This document shows positions 62,295-64,000 of a DNA stretch of 64,000 nt, one piece after another. Each line of letters opens with the position of its first letter. Within the stretch, counting starts at the first letter, position 1. This DNA is from an uncultured Planctomycetota bacterium (GTDB taxonomy: Bacteria; Planctomycetota; DG-23; CAZBND01). The stretch lies in NCBI GenBank assembly GCA_964622675.1, contig CAZUUK010000008.1, positions 1,369 through 65,368 of the forward strand, in the 5' to 3' direction. Position numbers and translations under genes: made by a program. Under the pieces are notes generated by a model, which saw only the letters and a list, made by a program, of their open reading frames with translations, did not search any database and had not been told where the DNA came from.

Positions 62295-64000
62295 ACATAG
62301 ACAGGGCATTCAAATACTCCGTCTATCTCCTCCCCGCACTCTCCATCATCGCCATGGCTGTGGCAGAAGGCAGCCTCCTCTACGTCCTCGCCTTTCTCGC
62401 CCTCCCTCTCGCCTTCTACCTCGTTGACGTTCGCCGGATACCTCCGCTCAAGACCAGAGCCGGCAACCTGCTCGCCATCTCCGCCTTTTTCCTCGCCTGG
62501 CTCGACCACAGATTCATCTCCGAGCTCCCGGGCTTCGCAATGGGCCATTTCCTCATCATCGTTCAGATCGTCTACCTCTTCATGGAACGCAACCAGCGCA
62601 ATTACGGCACCCTCTTCCTCATGGCCCTCGTCAACTTCATCCTCGCCTCCACCATGACCACCCAGTTGTTCTTCGTACTCGAATTCCTCCTCTTCATCGC
62701 CGCCGGCATATGGACGCTCGTCCTCTTCAACGTCTTCACCGAAACCAGGGGCGAATCCATCCGCCGCCTCCAGGTAACCCGCCGCTGGGCACTTGGGATC
62801 GCCGGCGCAACCTTCCCCATCGTTCTCATTTCCGTCGCCGTCTTCCTCCTCCTCCCCAGGATCGCTTTCCCCCCCATCGTCCAGACATACATCTTCGGAG
62901 ATACCGTCACAGGTTTCTCAGAGGACGTCCAGCTCGGCGACCTCGCCGGCATAAAGACCAACCCCGAAAAGGTCATGCGAATATGGCTCTACGACGGAAA
63001 CCGCCAGCCTCTAAAGCTCGATAAGCTCCTCGTCAGGGGCATCGCCCTCGAGGAGTACGACGGAAAAGGCTGGCGCGCCTCCGACCCCATCGCCTCCAGG
63101 TTCCCTCGCCTGAGATACGTCCGCCGCGTGCTCCCTACCGAAAACAAAATCCGCGAAAGATTCGAGGTCGAGATGCCCGGCGTCAAAACGCTCTTCGCCG
63201 TCTATCCCGACACCTACAACTCTTTCGCCATAGCCCCCGCCGTCCGCGGCGATCTACCCCAAAATCCGACCCTCGATATCGTCAGCGACTCCCTGAGTTT
63301 CAACTTCAACCCCATGAAAAGACTCGAATACCAAATAGAAGTCCCCACGCAAACCTCAGGCCTCCGGCCGCTGGACCCACGAATTGGAGAAATCTTTCTT
63401 CAGCTCCCCGACGATCTTTCCCCCCTCATCAGGCAGCTCGCCGCTCAGATCGCCGGCCAACTCAAGGACCCCTACCTCATCGCCGCCGCTGTCGAAAAAT
63501 ACCTCCTCGATAACTACGATTACACCCTAGACGTCGAAGATATCGGCGTCGAAGACCCTCTCGAGTACTTCCTCATCGGCTCGAAAGAAGGCCACTGCGA
63601 GTACTTCGCCACTGCCATGGCCGTCATGCTCCGCTGCCTCGGCGTCCCCGCCAGAATCGTGAACGGCTTCGCAGAAGGCGAGTGGAACGAGGTCGGCGGA
63701 TACTACATAATCAGGCAGCAGGATGCTCACTCCTGGGTCGAAGCACACGTCGCCGGAAGGGGCTGGGTCACCTTCGACCCCACTCCTCCCGCCGGCAAAT
63801 ACGTCTACGCAACAGGACGCTTCTCCGACCTCCGCCTCTTCTACGATTCGCTCCAGTACATGTGGATCTCCAACGTCGTCAACTACGGGTTTCAAAGTCA
63901 GGTCGCCCTCTTGGCCAAACTCTCGGGTCTCGTCCGCCGTCTCCGCATCCCGGCTTTCTCCCTCCGCTCGGAAGTCGCCTACCGGATCCGCGAATTCGCA
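62291..64000 (+). CDS. Transglutaminase-domain membrane protein (TgpA-like), partial; runs off the right edge
   Basis: Absent from the ORF track because it is open-ended. My translation from the ATG at 62291 is stop-free to 64000. It shows multiple N-terminal TM segments, then GHCEYFATAMAVMLRCLGVPARIVNGF, QQDAHSWVEAH and WVTFDPTP (Cys-His-Asp core). Confidence 0.88.
   Translation, partial: MNIDRAFKYSVYLLPALSIIAMAVAEGSLLYVLAFLALPLAFYLVDVRRIPPLKTRAGNLLAISAFFLAWLDHRFISELPGFAMGHFLIIVQIVYLFMERNQRNYGTLFLMALVNFILASTMTTQLFFVLEFLLFIAAGIWTLVLFNVFTETRGESIRRLQVTRRWALGIAGATFPIVLISVAVFLLLPRIAFPPIVQTYIFGDTVTGFSEDVQLGDLAGIKTNPEKVMRIWLYDGNRQPLKLDKLLVRGIALEEYDGKGWRASDPIASRFPRLRYVRRVLPTENKIRERFEVEMPGVKTLFAVYPDTYNSFAIAPAVRGDLPQNPTLDIVSDSLSFNFNPMKRLEYQIEVPTQTSGLRPLDPRIGEIFLQLPDDLSPLIRQLAAQIAGQLKDPYLIAAAVEKYLLDNYDYTLDVEDIGVEDPLEYFLIGSKEGHCEYFATAMAVMLRCLGVPARIVNGFAEGEWNEVGGYYIIRQQDAHSWVEAHVAGRGWVTFDPTPPAGKYVYATGRFSDLRLFYDSLQYMWISNVVNYGFQSQVALLAKLSGLVRRLRIPAFSLRSEVAYRIREFA

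Noticed and set aside
1-64000. CRISPR arrays, tRNA/rRNA genes, IS elements, integrases, prophage or toxin-antitoxin modules
   Set aside because: I saw no direct-repeat/spacer periodicity, no cloverleaf-sized conserved RNA in the short intergenic gaps and no transposase, integrase or reverse-transcriptase motifs in any frame I read. This was a by-eye search and could miss short or degenerate elements.

Overview
High-GC (hand-counted lines mostly about 58-70% G+C), very gene-dense bacterial chromosomal window. I found no rRNA, tRNA, CRISPR array, transposase or integrase. Sense strands are strongly purine/G-rich, so almost every real gene carries a long spurious antisense ORF in the track. I resolved overlaps using motifs, RBS placement and operon logic. 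The gene content (several sulfatase-like proteins, a giant GH2, an ECF sigma operon, FG-GAP proteins, MoxR-DUF58-transglutaminase, a PFK of the short PPi-type-looking class) suggests a PVC-type or related candidate-phylum genome, but that is only an impression. Content from left to right: (1) a sigma-54-driven nitrogen-assimilation block, comprising a partial amt, a Cys-rich ferredoxin-like ORF, gdh, an FMN glutamate-synthase-family gene, a GAF/sigma-54 activator, a small ORF and a stand-alone Lrp/AsnC RAM domain. (2) A TIM-barrel isomerase, B12-radical SAM and Zn-ribbon methyltransferase cassette. (3) A degenerate sulfatase-esterase fusion, a secreted protein, an amidohydrolase, a tandem-kinase protein and a Tat-signal radical SAM enzyme. 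(4) An ECF sigma/anti-sigma operon with four secreted coiled-coil proteins. (5) Housekeeping genes mnmE, yidC, a metallophosphoesterase, an untracked Trm112 ORF and a low-GC GNAT gene. (6) An NPP-like phosphodiesterase, nth and polX. (7) An amidohydrolase, a UVR-motif protein, a Thr-type sulfatase-like protein, a 1357-aa GH2 and another amidohydrolase. (8) A LacD/FbaB-like aldolase with PFK. (9) An operon of two FG-GAP proteins and a fused ABC-2 transporter. (10) tkt plus a tiny Cys-rich ORF, a DHH phosphoesterase, pmbA/tldD, a second nth-like gene with nfo, a secreted protein, and MoxR-DUF58-transglutaminase (partial at the right edge). The strongest candidates for undescribed biology are the sigma-54/GAF/RAM nitrogen module with its paired dyads, the FG-GAP/ABC operon, the ECF-controlled four-protein periplasmic set, the TIM-barrel/B12-rSAM cassette and the Tat-signal radical SAM enzyme. 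All functional calls rest on motifs I read in the translations. No database search was possible.
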